NCBI GenBank assembly: GCA_964016885.1 | Contig: OZ024742.1 | Location: 156,240,001-156,304,000 of the forward strand | Length of the DNA: 64,000 nt | Reading direction: 5' to 3' | From: Eledone cirrhosa | Taxonomy: Eukaryota | In this document: piece by piece, positions 1 to 14,395 of the stretch | How the letters are laid out: each line of letters opens with the position of its first letter | Position numbering within the stretch: the stretch's first letter is position 1 | Notes under the pieces: model-generated | What the model saw: the letters and a program-made list of their open reading frames with translations, nothing else | Database searches by the model: none | Told to the model about the DNA's origin: nothing | Program-made: the position numbers and the translations under genes

Positions 1-410
1 TTGAATGACGTTAGATTTAATAATATTACATTTAGAATAAATATTTAAATTATTCTGAAGTGGGAAACTGAATTTTGTAATAATTAAGAAACGTGTCAAT
101 TTATTTATATTTTTTTTCCTTTTCGATACAGGATGCTCAACAAATATCTAGATATACCGCTTCAAATAGGAATAAAATTTACTACATGATATTCTGAAGA
201 AAAATATTCATTGATTATAACATCACAACTTATCATAGTCGTTATCTAAGTATTTTCGAAGATGTCTTTAAACTATTCAATATGTACACAATTTGCTACT
301 CGCATTGTAATACCATAGATTGCTCTATATTACTTGTATTACGATTCCGTGATGAATATGTCCGCATATATGTTTTTAATACATGAAGTTAATATCTTTC
401 TATTTACCAG

Positions 411-593
411 ATGCAACAACCGAGAGAAAAGTTTCACCGCCAAAACATGGAGAAGAAATGAATAAAGATGCTATGAGAAAAAATTATACAAAGCATAATG
501 AAAAAAAGAATCCAAATATTTTTACACATACTAATATAAAACCTAATATACCAACCCCAGCAGGTGAAAGTGAAACAGGTTTTAAAATATTTG
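411..593 (+). CDS. Probable penultimate coding exon of a host gene (hydrophilic Lys/Asn/Pro/Thr-rich stalk)
   Basis: Acceptor tctttctatttaccAG ends at 410 and donor GTatgt starts at 594. The 183-nt exon is phase 1/phase 1 and open (DATTERKVSPPKHGEE...GESETGFKIF), inside ORF 383..688. Confidence 0.6.
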
Positions 594-1060
594 GTATGTA
601 TTTCTTCTGTATAAGTAGAGTTATCAACATTGACAATACTAAATCTGTTTTGTTTTCGTATATTATTAGGAGTATTATCTTACCGTAAAATAGCAGTGTT
701 CTAATCTCATCATCTGTTTAATAACAATATCGTTATATGATATAACATGTAAAGCATTTTTCAACAAAATTTGTTTTTATTTTTCGGGAAAGCCGGATTT
801 AAAATCGCTCGGTAAGCAAATTAGGCTAATCAGCTGAGGTATTCCTTTTAGAATACTATGTATTATCGGCAGATCCAACTGATAGCAGTGACAAGGGGTA
901 TATAATATTGATAAGGGGCAATAAGTCCGAAACAATTGTCGACTATTTTCTCTCCTCTACCGCTGGAACAAAGGATTACGTCATTCATCTAGAAAAGACA
1001 CATTGTATTATGAGGCTGTTTGCTTGCAAACGAACCGAATATTAATAATACAATTATTAT

Positions 1061-1244
1061 AATTGATTCTACTTTTGGCACAAGGCCAGCAAATATCCCA
1101 GTGTATTACTGGTACTTTATTTTATCGACCCCGTAAGGATGAACGGCATAGTTAAACTCGACTGGATTTGAACTCAGACCTTAATGGGCCGTAAGTCTAT
1201 GCGGCAAAGCATGGCGTCCGACCCTCTACCGAGACTGCCAATCC
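1061..1244 (-). mobile_element. tRNA-derived SINE family A, intronic copy
   Basis: Minus strand begins ggattggcagtctcggtagagggtcggacg (A-box-like) and contains gagttcaaatcc (B box) and a TTA-rich tail. At least 8 dispersed copies occur in the window. Confidence 0.8.
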
Positions 1245-1395
1245 TATTATATTATTATTATTCACTCACGCATAAATTTAATTCTCTATGCTGTTAATTA
1301 TCCATTGAAAAATCTGAATGATATTGAATTTGTTTCTGTCTTTTCTATGTTACATTTATGTGTTTAACTAATGGATTTCAATTTTCTCTTCACAG

Positions 1396-1514
1396 AATCT
1401 CCCTATCCAGAACGCAGTAGCGGCAACGGTGAATGTAGATTAGGATGGAATGGAAGATCATTGCTTTCGCTTTTCAGCTTATTCATTGCAGCGCTTTGTT
1501 TCTTTATGGAGTAA
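1396..1514 (+). CDS. Probable terminal coding exon with a GPI-anchor-type C-terminal signal
   Basis: Acceptor attttctcttcacAG ends at 1395. Joined in phase 1 to the previous exon it reads ESPYPERSSGNGECRLGWNGRSLLSLFSLFIAALCFFME-stop (TAA 1512-1514): small residues SSGNG, a spacer, then a hydrophobic tail. Confidence 0.6.
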
Positions 1515-2320
1515 ATGAAGAGCAGACATTTTGTTAAATGTACTGCTTTGCCTCTGCCCGATTCTGCAAGTATCACACAAGAATACTGTTGGTTTTTTCC
1601 ATAGAATGCGACACTTTTTTGCAAACTCGAAATCCATATAATTTCAATTGAAAGAAATTTTAAATGGTTGTTGCAAACAAAAATGGCCTACTTAATGACA
1701 TTTCCAGAGACTCTCAGGTTTTCTTTGAATTATCTGTGTATATATTTTGCTATAATATCGTATCTTAACGATATCAACCAAAAACATTAACTGAAAAGCA
1801 TTGACGAGAAATTGTATGAATGAAGTGAACAAAACACCTCAGTGCGAGAGACCGGGAGAGAGAGAGGGGGAGAGAGAAAGCGAGAAAGTGAAAGAGAGTG
1901 GGGGTGACGAATATACTGAGGGGAAGAGAAAGGGAGAGGGAGGTGCAGAAAAGGAAAAAAAAACAAAAATAAAATATTGAGCGCGGTGGGGAGATTAGAA
2001 GTAGTGAATGATCTAAGAACATATATGCGAAAATTAAACAAAGCATTTGACTCCAGGAGTATTGTGCAAACTCCCTAATCTCCTTTTGTGGACTTAAAAT
2101 AATTATGTGTATGTAATTTTGTACATCTTTTGTACACATCCATGCTTGCATGCATATACACGCCGCATCGATTAACATTAATTGACACGCACATATCACA
2201 CAGGCACCATACACACCTCTCATATAGTCAACATATCCAAAATGTACGCAAGTACAAATACACACCTAAAATCAGAAATAGAACATATACACGTCAGCAC
2301 ACAATCACACGCAAATACTC

Positions 2321-2988
<668 letters not shown>

Positions 2989-3883
2989 ACTGAATTTGGC
3001 TCTCATCTCCTGTAAATACAATTAATCTGTGCTAACGATTATTTTTCGTCCAAATCTAGATGAAAAAAAATGAGACAAGCGTAACAAAGAAGAATTAAGA
3101 TAATTATCTTTTTTTTATTTTCTTTCCTGCAAAAACAATGACTGGAGACTAAACAACTAAACGATTTATCTGCCTATAATTAGTTGCTTCAAAAATAAAT
3201 ATATAAATAAACATATTGCTTGGTAATGTTTTGCTGGCCTCACATGATAAGCAGCTGTTATACATGATATTTCTGCCAGCAGCAACAACATGACTATTTT
3301 GTTAATAGGGAGAGCTGTGGAGTCAAATTCTGAACGATAGCATCTCCAAAATGATGACGAAATATGAAAAAAAAAATGAAAAAAAAACAGAGAAAAGGAA
3401 ACTAAAAAAAATATATACAAATCTACAAATGTCTCTACTCACCTTCCATTCTTTCATTCTTCTACTTCCCCTTCTACTAATTATTTTTGTTTGTTTTGAT
3501 ATACTGCAGTGGCGCCGTGTATTGGCAAAACTCTAAGTATCCCCTGCATATGTTTATCTATCAATATATAATAATAATGATGATAATATTTAATGATAAT
3601 AATAAGTCTATATTAAATTAGTACGAAATCAAGATGGAAAGAATGAAAACAAAATGACTGAAATAATAAGTTATCTTTGTCTTCTGTATTTCATATGTTG
3701 CTGTTACTGTTGTATATATATATGTCTTTAAAAGCTAACCGTTAATATTGTTCTTCGTCTTTTTGCATACAAGATGAACGAAATGATTATATTAAACATT
3801 ACAAATTGCCTTCAACTATATTACTATTGACCATGGATTAATGAGAGCAGCAGAATGATAATAATAGTCATAATAATAATAAA

Positions 3884-3906
3884 TATTATTAATAATATTA
3901 TTATTA

Positions 3907-3968
<62 letters not shown>
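3884..3968. repeat. (TTA)n microsatellite
   Basis: Direct reading. Confidence 0.95.
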
Positions 3969-4982
3969 TGTTCTAAGTTATATATATTGTTTCTATTTCA
4001 AAGATGGTTGATTAAAGGATAGGTTAGGGGATAGAATAAATATCTCGTTGTATTTCGTTGTGTTCCTTTGCATTCTGAGTTTATATCCTGCTAGGATTGA
4101 CTTTCACATTTCTCACATTGCTCTATAATATATGTAACAGACAAATACTGGTGTCAATTCAATCGACGGGACTCCCTTAGAGAACATTTTGATTGTGTGC
4201 CAATGTAAGGAATTTACTATTCTCATAGTTAGCAAGCATTTACACCGTGGGCGTTTCAGTTTATCCATTTAAGAACACACATATCATGTTACTATCAATT
4301 GTCAGTTAATTTAAACAGAGAATAAAAATTATTCCAACTAGAACATAGCTGTTATATGTTAAAAACAATTTCATCTTATAGTTATAGTCAAAAAGGAAAT
4401 AGCCGGGATTAATAAGTGATATGATGTAATTAGCTATGATATTGTATGATTTGGAGATGTAACATCAAATACATGAATAGCTACAAATATCAGCATATCC
4501 TCCAAGATACTAGTGTGTATCAGAGTGAAAAATAACGAAGTGTTAGAATAAGAAGATTCAGCGTGCTCAAACCTCCACCATTTGAATGGTACCCTGTAAA
4601 CATGAATGTGACGTGTTTCACAAAAGCGCATATCAATTGCAATCTAAATAACATTAGATATTAAAAGGTTAAAGTTATGATCCTGTCCACATTGCCTTAA
4701 ACGTTTTTCAGGGGACTTAGCTTGAATTATGAGAGAATTCAAAATATAATTAACCTTTACCAATGGGCACAAAATATATACCAGCCTTCAAACAATAGAC
4801 GAGATGTGGATATGCTATTTAAAGATCTAAATGATGCAAAACCAATGCTCCATACTAAAGAAGTGAATATTTCCGTCTCAATTAGTTCCGATTTAAACGT
4901 CTACATGCATACACACATTCACACACAGACAAATGCAGATGTATTCATACACACACATACGTAAATAAATAAATAATTTATA

Positions 4983-5057
<75 letters not shown>

Positions 5058-8000
5058 ATAATTTATATTATATTTTATATTTTCCCCATAAGCGTTGAAA
5101 TTATATCATTAAAAGTTCTGAATTTGAAAATCTTGTGCCATGAGGAGATTTTACAAGCACATTTTGCATGGAATTATATAAGCTTGGCAGACTATGTCTC
5201 CCAAAACACAGAATCAGCTTTATCCGGAAAAAACATAATTATCTCAAGTATAATTTAAGGATCATGTATTAAAATAAAACATCAACCAGAGTTAGAAAAA
5301 CAGGTAAAAGTATTTAAGGAAATCAATCGATTAATGGTTATAATAGAAGCTCAATTAATTATTTTCAACAGATTCAGTACAATTGTGTCAGGGAGCAGTT
5401 TGCAGAAGAACGACGAAACGTTTTTCACATAATAGACTGTAATAAAAAGAAATAAAGAACAAATGATTATAACATTCTTTTGTGTGTTCTTAAATGTCTT
5501 AAATGGTTATTCCACGATGGAATTGTTTCAATTTCAACGCAGTGTCACACATCAATTCGCATTCCAAACAAGCATAACTTTTAACTTATTTATTCCCACA
5601 ATCAAAGTTCTACAATTATCATATGAAATAAAGTTTGCCAGTGATATTATGTTGTGAATTTATTCACGAAAATGTCTCCTCAACTATCAAGGACTTGGTT
5701 GCAGAAATGTTGAAGATTATATGGTGACAACCTATTATTCCTAAATAATTTATCGAGGTCCAACATATCTTTACTTCATGTATAATAAAAAGAAAACCGA
5801 TATTACCAAGTGTTCCTTGGATTTAGAAGGTGGCAGCTTCTGATTTGTTCGAAATTTCTTGCAGATTCAGCGAGCATATACAAGCCCGTTTAATGGGTCT
5901 AATTCTTTGGAGTTGGTGTCATTTAATCACATATCAATCCCAATAAAGTATACCTATGATTAAATGCATTGCAGTTCTACTCAACACGTTTTCTTCTATT
6001 TTATTTGTTCTTATTTTCCTTTGTTCGCTTTCTTATTTTCAGAAATAGTTTATTAACATCCACATGTAATTGGAAAACGATTATATAGGCCCCGTCATTT
6101 TCGTTGTTAATGATGTTGTATTAAGGAAAAAAAGAATATTTTCTATTTATTTGCCTCGCAGCTTATTATCAGATTTATTTCCATGACAAACAATTCGATC
6201 TCTTCATTTTCATGTCCATTAAAATTGCTCAAATCTGTATTTGCAAACATCATGATCATTCAACCTGTATATGACAAATATTTCATATTTATTGCTATTA
6301 ATATACTTACACATATCTTGTATATTATTAATATCATTATAATTATTTTCTTTTTATAAATATAATTATATTTATTCATGGTTTGAGAATGACATCATCA
6401 GTCTGCTTTCTGGAAACACGAATTGGGAACATCTTGCAGGACATGGAATTGTTCAGCCTCAAGAAATATTTTATATTTAACGAAAATGTGCAAGCTGAAG
6501 AAGGAATTTTAACATACAGTAAATTCCCACATCCTATCAATGTCCACAATTCTAAGAACTTTGGGAATGTTTATAGTGATAGAGAATTTGTCAATATTCA
6601 TAAATAGTCTTGTTTAACTGCTGCTTAACAATATGTGACGACGAGGAGGAAAAAACACGAGATGCATTAGGTTGAATTGCACAACAAATCTCCGACATAC
6701 AAGTGGATGTAAGGCGTCAGCAGAAGAGTAATCTGGAGTGTGTTTGAAGTTATGGTCCGTAACACTTGTATGAGTAAAATGGGCTTTTCTTAAGGCCTTT
6801 GGATGTCTAAATCTCCCGTGAGTTTCTTTCTACTGATTTTTATCAGGGATAATCTTGTTATAATCAATGTAATAGTATGTATGTAGACTAACATTCAACA
6901 GCTTTTTCCAACTTTCCTTTGATAAGATAATTTGCTTTTATCACACCCATTCTCTTGTCATAATAATTATAGCATGCCCTTGAAAATACTGAAACGGGGC
7001 CTGAACATTGAGCATGTTTATGTGTCGAACTATATAATGTTATTGAGTATTATACATTCATATACAATGGAGAGACTTGTTTCGGAGACTTCCCAAAATA
7101 TTTGCCATCCGTATTGTAGGAGATTAGAATAATCCGTTCAACATACTTAGCTGTTTTGACCCGCATCTCTATAAGGATGTATTTTTCTCCATAGCCACAT
7201 GAACGCAGGGAAACAGGACAAGTGCATTCTCTGCAGAGGCGCGGATCTGTCTTTATATCTATATATATACAGGGTAAATAATAGGAATATACTGTCATAT
7301 TGAAAGACATGCTTATATCTTTCCTCATCAATAGTAACTTACGCGATAACACTAGCTATGTTATTAGCAACGTTTTTGATTTAAACTATGTTATTAGAAT
7401 CAACACATTTGCTAAAATCATTGGCCCAAATATTGAACTCTGGAATATATTTCTTCATCCCCCTATTTTCGACCCATGCCTCAGTAACGTTTCTCGTCAC
7501 ACACGATTAAGGATTCTATTGTTCTGCTGTCAGTTATGGTTGACAAATGTCAAGCGGTTGCCAAACATGAATGACATATCAGCATAAATCTTTAGTGTAA
7601 ATCTTCTAAGACAAGCAATTTGCTATTCGTGCTCTCAGGCATCGCCTCCGTATTTCATAGGGTGTTATCTTATTTTTGCAAATCTTCGCCACTCTTGGTT
7701 AGAGTTGAAAAGGACCCTCAAAATAATTATTGAAGTGCTTTTGGCAGACAGGCAAATTAAACCCACCGAACATTCGAGGGAAATGTGTCACAAGGCTCGC
7801 ACATATCTTTCTGAAAATGTGTAGTACATGACCATAGTGGTCGACCAATGCAGTATCTCTGACAACGCAGCTTTCATGTTTCTAGTTGAAGAGTGCGAGG
7901 ATAAACATAAGGCAAGTACGTTTGTCTCAAATCCTTTCTTAAGCCGCTCTTTAGTATCTCAAACTATATTTACCTCTAATCCACTTTTCTATATCGCTAT

Positions 8001-9171
8001 TCTTTACTAAATATTTTCGATTCTACTCTAATCTCCGTTTCGTGTCCCTGCCTACAAATTCTAGATATATTGTTGATATACATTTTACCTTTGTAGCCGA
8101 ACACTTTAAACTGTAGATAGTAAAATTCATCCCGATCTAATGGCCTGTAGAATCTAAAATAACCATTTTTTTAATCGTTACATACGCAACTTTTCTGTAT
8201 GTAACTGCGAATCCATCCTTCAATTATGGCCGATTTTAAAATGCATACATTTTGTAGCAGACAAATATGAGCATGACAATACATGCCTAAGAAATTCTAG
8301 ACTCGCTGATGACTTCCACATCTATTCCAAGACACAAGTTCATTGAACAAGCACCCTTGCTTACAAGGCGATCATAGTCCATATAAATCACTCTACCAGT
8401 TCGGATTAAGGCTCTACCGGATAGAAAGGAGGAAAAGGATAATGATCAATTATATTTTTCATTTGAAAAGATAGGTGATCCGACATCACAGACAATTCTA
8501 TTTCCACGAGTAAATCTATTTCATTTTTATTGATGTTACTTTGGAACAGATGATATATTTTGTTATCCCTTATGGAGTAACGCAGATATATATTTAAATT
8601 TTTTATATATAGCATATGATATATTTTACGATATTACTGTTATTCATATTGAAATATTCCTTTTTTGTTGTATATGCTTGTCGTACGTCTAATTCTCCGT
8701 TTCGAGTAGTGTATTTCTTCTCAGTAAAATGAAGAAATGCTTTCAGGAAGAACATACGCCCTAATTAAATGCAAACAGGGTGCTTGTTAATAATTTGATT
8801 ACTATGAATTGTTGTTGCAATATATACCTACAAATAATGTCAGGAATAATGTATTTTCCTGAATTACCTTGAACAAATTGTCATTGTCTTTCTCAAACGG
8901 TATATTATGCTATAATTGTTCCAACGTAGAGCACATAAAATCGTTCTGCATGTTTGTAAGAGTAACGGACGTTATTTGATGCATCAAATCGATTTCATTT
9001 CTTACTTTAGCTTGTACCACATCACAATCGTAATGTACTCGACTATGGATACAAACACAAAAATGAAGGATGATTAAACACACACATATGGAAAGTATCG
9101 ATATCATTACTCACCCCCGCTCTCTCCCTATCTCCTTCTCTCTCTGTATATATATATTTACATATATATAA

Positions 9172-9310
9172 CAAAGGAATTGTGGTAAGGAACCAGATGG
9201 ACCATAACGCACCAGAGTACTCAATACTTAGGGTAGTAGAGTGGGAAATAGGAAAAATTATGACACCGACGGCAGAGCTCAAGCCGTTTCGACAGCTATT
9301 TCTGGACCAT
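9172..9310 (-). mobile_element. Short (TA)n-embedded repeat, family 3 (PLE-terminus-like, half hammerhead)
   Basis: Homologous to 13518-13702 and 23487-23650. Minus strand contains gtcGAAAcggcttgagctctgccGTC (hammerhead helix III with GUC). Confidence 0.6.
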
Positions 9311-9319
9311 ACTTTTCCC

Positions 9320-9377
<58 letters not shown>

Positions 9378-9382
9378 AGTTA

Positions 9383-9475
<93 letters not shown>

Positions 9476-10729
9476 TTTGTATGTGTAGCCCCCAAGCATA
9501 TTCATTCAATTTCCAACCGATTCAAATTTATTTGAACCAGATACTGATTTGGCTGAAAGGTTACATTACCGCACCAAATGCAATAGTGTATTTAGATTCA
9601 CCTCGTTAAGTTCTGATTTCTACTGCCACCATTCGAGATCAATAATAAGAATGCAAACATTCCATTTGAATCGATTCAGTCGACAACTACTTTCTTCTGC
9701 ATAACGTAACACCCTATGTCGAGGAAATATATAAATATTTACGTAAAATTCTGGCATGTCAGTGACATAGACAATGAGTTTAGCACTTTGCAATAAAAGG
9801 TATTATGAGTTGAAGTAGGATCAATACACTTTGCAAACATTAATACTGATTATGTCTCCAGTAACGACATTAATGTTCAACCGTTCTATTTGTATACTAT
9901 AGAGATGTATCTATGTTAAAATAACCTTCATATTAAAGATGATGAGAAATTAGAGTCACAAACATATACTTCATTATCAATATTAATTTTGCATTTCACT
10001 GTTTGAATTTAATCCAGTAGGGTTTATTTTCGAAACTACTATATCATTTTAATAACAACAGTACATATAATTATATATGAACGTCTGTACATTTAACCAG
10101 GAGAGAAATATATTTCTACCCTCGAAAAATTGGGTGCAAGAATTATGGTCTACTAAACAACAGACATGATGGTGCTTTCATGTCTGAGTGGCCCAACTCA
10201 TCCTCCAGATATTACACGTTAAATACCAAGGTAAAAGATGAAAAATGATTTTAAGGAATATAAATATTGGCATGTTATAGTGGAGTGACATGACAAAAAT
10301 TGTAAAAACTTGAATTGTGATAATTATTTCTGAATAAAAACACCCTGGAAATTCGAATTATTTTCGTTATTTAGGAATGAAAATATGTGACATGGGTTTT
10401 ATTAAATCTAGTATATTCTCGTGAACCAATGTAAAGTTAAAATAAGAATGATAAAGACTGGTACAAGGAGCATTTAGTTAATGAATATACGAGAAATATG
10501 ATGAAAATTAAGATATAATTGGCAGTTTTTGGTCATACAATCTTACAAAATTTACTTCTACTTCTCCTGATTATTTTTTCTCAATTTCAGATTATCCCAC
10601 TTGGGGTTATAATATATATATATATATATGAAAAACATGGGGAGAAGAATACTGCATGGTTGCACATGGATTACATATTATAAAATTAGTCCCTCATCAG
10701 TGATTTGCCAACGATCATCGGTATTTCAT

Positions 10730-10774
<45 letters not shown>

Positions 10775-11108
10775 ATAATTAGGAGACGACCACGTCGACA
10801 TTGCTTCGGTCATTTCCTCAATCACTCTATGAGAAATTAAGTTCGACTATTAACTTTCTAACCCAGCTGGCCAGATTGGTTAATTTCATTAAACTGTGAT
10901 GGAACCGACTACTGAGAGACACCCTGCCGGAGGGGAACTTGATATCGGTACACACATACACACACATATATATATATATATATTCATATCTGTATTTTAA
11001 CCGTTGGTCAATCAGTTATAAACATTGATTGGCAAATAAATTAACTATGGAGATATAAAAGATACAGAAGCGAAAACCAAAGAGTGAGTGTGACCTGTTA
11101 TTATTTCT

Positions 11109-11300
11109 GGCGCTTGATTGACAATATCGGTAGAGTGCCGTACGCTATGCTTTGACGCATAGAGTTACGGCCCTTGCCATTCTGAGTTCAAATCCCGCCG
11201 AGGTTAATTGTGCCTCTCATCCTTATGGGGTCGATAAAATAAAGTACCAGTAGTTCACTAGGTAATTGGTGGCTTTGTGCCAAAAGTAGAAAGAATTATT
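11109..11300 (+). mobile_element. SINE family A
   Basis: tcggtagag...ctgagttcaaatcccgccgagg...gtcgataaaataaagtaccag...gtgccaaaagtagaaag. Confidence 0.8.
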
Positions 11301-11341
11301 TGTGGCAATGTCATAACAATATGAACCTCCCCAATTATGAC

Positions 11342-11402
<61 letters not shown>

Positions 11403-11559
11403 ATAATAAATTTGAAGACTAAAATCCAATATATATATATATATATATTTAGGAAAAGAGACAGGACTCCTACGGCTGTGCTCCGGTCGTTTCAACAGCT
11501 GGTGCACTTGGTATCATACCACACATTCTTTGTTATATATATATACTGTATATATATCA

Positions 11560-13446
11560 TTTCTGAATTTGTTTAGCAAGATTCTTTATCTGAATCTGAA
11601 AACGTTTGTTGATACCGATATTGTTATACTTTGGGAGGGTTATGTTGCCAATGAGAAACACACGTACCACTTGCTTTCACTCCAATTTATTATAAATTAA
11701 ATTTATAAATTTAAGAAATTTGTAAATTTCTGTTGGTTTGTTGGTTCCACAACCGGGCGGTTGTTCATATATTGTCAAAGTTCTTTCGTCACACATTATG
11801 TGACCTCTTCAGTGACCAGGGATTATTTTCTTTGTTTTGCGCCTCTCCTTTGTTCTGTCCTACGCCATCTTGTTTCTGTGTATGTTGTGCGCTTCGTTTG
11901 CGCATGTGTTACATCCGGGTGTCTTTATTTGTTTATTTAATTGTTTATTTAGATGTTACGAGTTGGTTGTTTGTTCTATGTGTGTGTGTGATTTCATTTT
12001 GTCCTAAATTGTAAGTTGTGATGTTGCTATTCCATTCATGCTTTCTATTTAATATTGGTTGGACTTCATTTATGTTTATTGCCTCTGTGATTTGTCTAAA
12101 CATTGCGTCTTTTCCGTGTGTAGATTTTATTTTTGTTTCTATGTTCTCTAATTTGCCCTTATGTTCTATTTTAGCATGTTGGTGGAGTACTGATAATTCT
12201 TTTCTATCTTGAAGCTCTCGCCAGTGTTCATTTAATCGTTCTCATTTAAGCTGTCTCATCTATGTACACTATATTCTTATCTTTACATTGTCCCTCAGTA
12301 CATCTTATGCTATATAATATGTTTCTAGTTTTGCAATTAACATGGTGGCTTAGTTTACATATTATGCATTACTTTTCTATACAGGGAGGTCTTTGAAAAG
12401 AGTATGTATTGCTAATAAGTGTTTTTCTGGAGGTACCTGGTGTTTCCCCTATCTTAATATTTAGTTTAAATTTATCTAGGGCCCTTCTAAATTTGTAAGC
12501 TAGTTCACCTCTAGGGGCTGTATTGATGAACATTACACTCTGGTATTCATTGATATCTTACCATGAGATTATCCTATTAACCTTATTCCTAGTTCTTTCT
12601 ATTCTCTTCCAAAAGTTGCTCCTATAAAAGGGACAGGTCCCATTTGTATCATTATGTACCATTTTTTACCCATTTGGCTCTCGACCCTATGTATACTCTG
12701 ATTTCATCACTCTGATTGTAACCGGAGAACTGCATACGGACACAGTGTTGTATGTGTCTCTCTAGTTCTTTGGGGTTGCACATGAGGGAGACGGTCCTCA
12801 TCACCCGTACTAAATCCGCAATCAGGATGTTCATTTTGGTGTGGTCCGAAACAGCTGAGTATCGGTGGATCAGGTATTTGGAAGTCATGTGTTTGGCATA
12901 ATGGGAATGGAGGATTTTTTTTTTGTTATTATTAGTTTCTAACCAGATCTCAAGAGGAGGGGGCAGCCATTGGTGTCAGCCTTGCAGGTGACATAGCTAA
13001 TCTATTCATGATATGGTGGGACAATAAACTTAAAGAACAATTAGAAGACAGCAACCTCTTAACCCTGATAATCTACTCTCGCTACGTTAATGATATAAAC
13101 ATTGTAGTAAAAACACCCCCACTAGAGAACAGTCAGGAATTAGAGAAAAACACCATGGAAAGCATCCAGCAAATAGCTAACTCCATCCACCAGAGTATTA
13201 ATGTTACTATTGACTACCCAAGCAAATACTCAAACCATCGATTAGCTGTACTAACTAGACACAGAGCTCTGGTTAGAAATAGACCTTAGAAAGAACTTTG
13301 ACAATATATGAACAACCATCCGATTGTGGAACCAACAAACCAACCGGAAATTTACAAATTTCTTAAATTTATGAATTTAATTCATAATAAATTGGATTGA
13401 AAGCAACTGGTGCATGTGTTTCTTATAGCACCATGACCTTCCCAAG
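11560..13446 (-). mobile_element. PLE family 1 copy A: decayed, 5'-truncated, with internal inversion and inverted terminal piece
   Basis: 11560-12950 (-) holds the pLTR, GIY-YIG and RT C-terminus (ORF 12652..12888). 12951-13278 (+) is the RT segment QEEGAAIG..YSRYVND. 13289-13446 (+) is a pLTR piece. All match copy D. Confidence 0.9.
11774..11816 (-). ncRNA. Minimal type I hammerhead ribozyme motif (PLE family 1)
   Basis: GTCA-CTGAAGA-G-GTCACA(taatg)TGTGAC-GAAA-GAACTT-TGAC. Confidence 0.7.
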
Positions 13447-13517
13447 TGGTGTGGTAAGACTGCTGTTATTTCTGTTTACCCTTTACATACACACACCCAT
13501 ATATTTATATATATATA

Positions 13518-13702
13518 ACGACGGAAGTGTGGTAAGGAACCAGATGGACCATAACGCACCAGAGTACTCAATACTTAAAGCAGCAGAGTGGGTAATAGGA
13601 AAATGTATAACCCCGACGGCAGAGCGCAACCCATTTCGACGGCTATTTCTGCAGAGAAATGCCCGAAACGGCCTGAGCTCTGCCGTCGGGTTATATATTT
13701 TC
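13518..13702. mobile_element. Family 3 foldback element
   Basis: Family 3 tail followed by an imperfect hairpin, ccgacggcagagc...gctctgccgtcgg (about 13605-13702); flanked by TA/GA repeats. Confidence 0.65.
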
Positions 13703-13714
13703 TTATATATATAT

Positions 13715-13716
<2 letters not shown>

Positions 13717-13808
<92 letters not shown>
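13717..13808. repeat. (GA)n microsatellite
   Basis: Direct reading. Confidence 0.95.
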
Positions 13809-13811
<3 letters not shown>

Positions 13812-13869
13812 TTGGTAGGTAAGGAGAAAGCTACCGCAATGGATGTTTTTAACTGTACAATTAATTAAT

Positions 13870-14050
13870 TGTTTCTACTTTTGGCACAAGGCCAGCAATT
13901 ACCCAGTGCATTACTGGTACTTTATTTTATCGACCCCGTAAGGATGAAAGGCAAAGTCAACCTCGGCGGGATTTGAACTCAGATCGTAAAGGGACGTAAC
14001 TATGCTGGAAAGCATGGCGTCCGACCCTCTACCGATACTGCCAATCCACC
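13870..14050 (-). mobile_element. SINE family A, full length, with 15-bp target-site duplication
   Basis: gtacaattaattaat at 13855-13869 and 14051-14065 flanks the copy. Confidence 0.88.
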
Positions 14051-14223
14051 GTACAATTAATTAATGAGTTCATATCAGAGGTATAATGAAGTTTTCGGGG
14101 AAAAAGTGGTTGAAACCATCTCTGACCTTCGAACTATGCAAACCACCTGTGAGGGAAATTCGTATTTACTAGTAAACTAAAACGTTCATGTAACACTTGC
14201 CGTCCATTTCTCAGCCATTATAT

Positions 14224-14395
14224 GACGGTGGATTGGCAGAATCGGTAGAGGGTCGGACGCAATGCTTTGTTGCATAGAGTACTGCCTCTTTACGGCCTGA
14301 GTTCAAATCCCACCTAGGTTAACTTTGCTTTTCATTCTTACGGAGTAATGCAGTGGGATAATTGCTGGCCGTGTGCCCAAATCAGAAACAATTAT
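14224..14395 (+). mobile_element. SINE family A
   Basis: gacggtggattggcagaatcggtagagggtcggacg...gagttcaaatccc...; small internal deletion. Confidence 0.8.

Noticed and set aside
110-200. Acceptor-like tttcgatacAG at ~131
   Set aside because: No donor site before in-frame stops; not supportable as an exon.
10690-10715. CTGATGAG on the minus strand
   Set aside because: No matching helix II and GAAA nearby.
13960-14050. tRNA-like A/B boxes
   Set aside because: SINE heads, with no complete cloverleaf.
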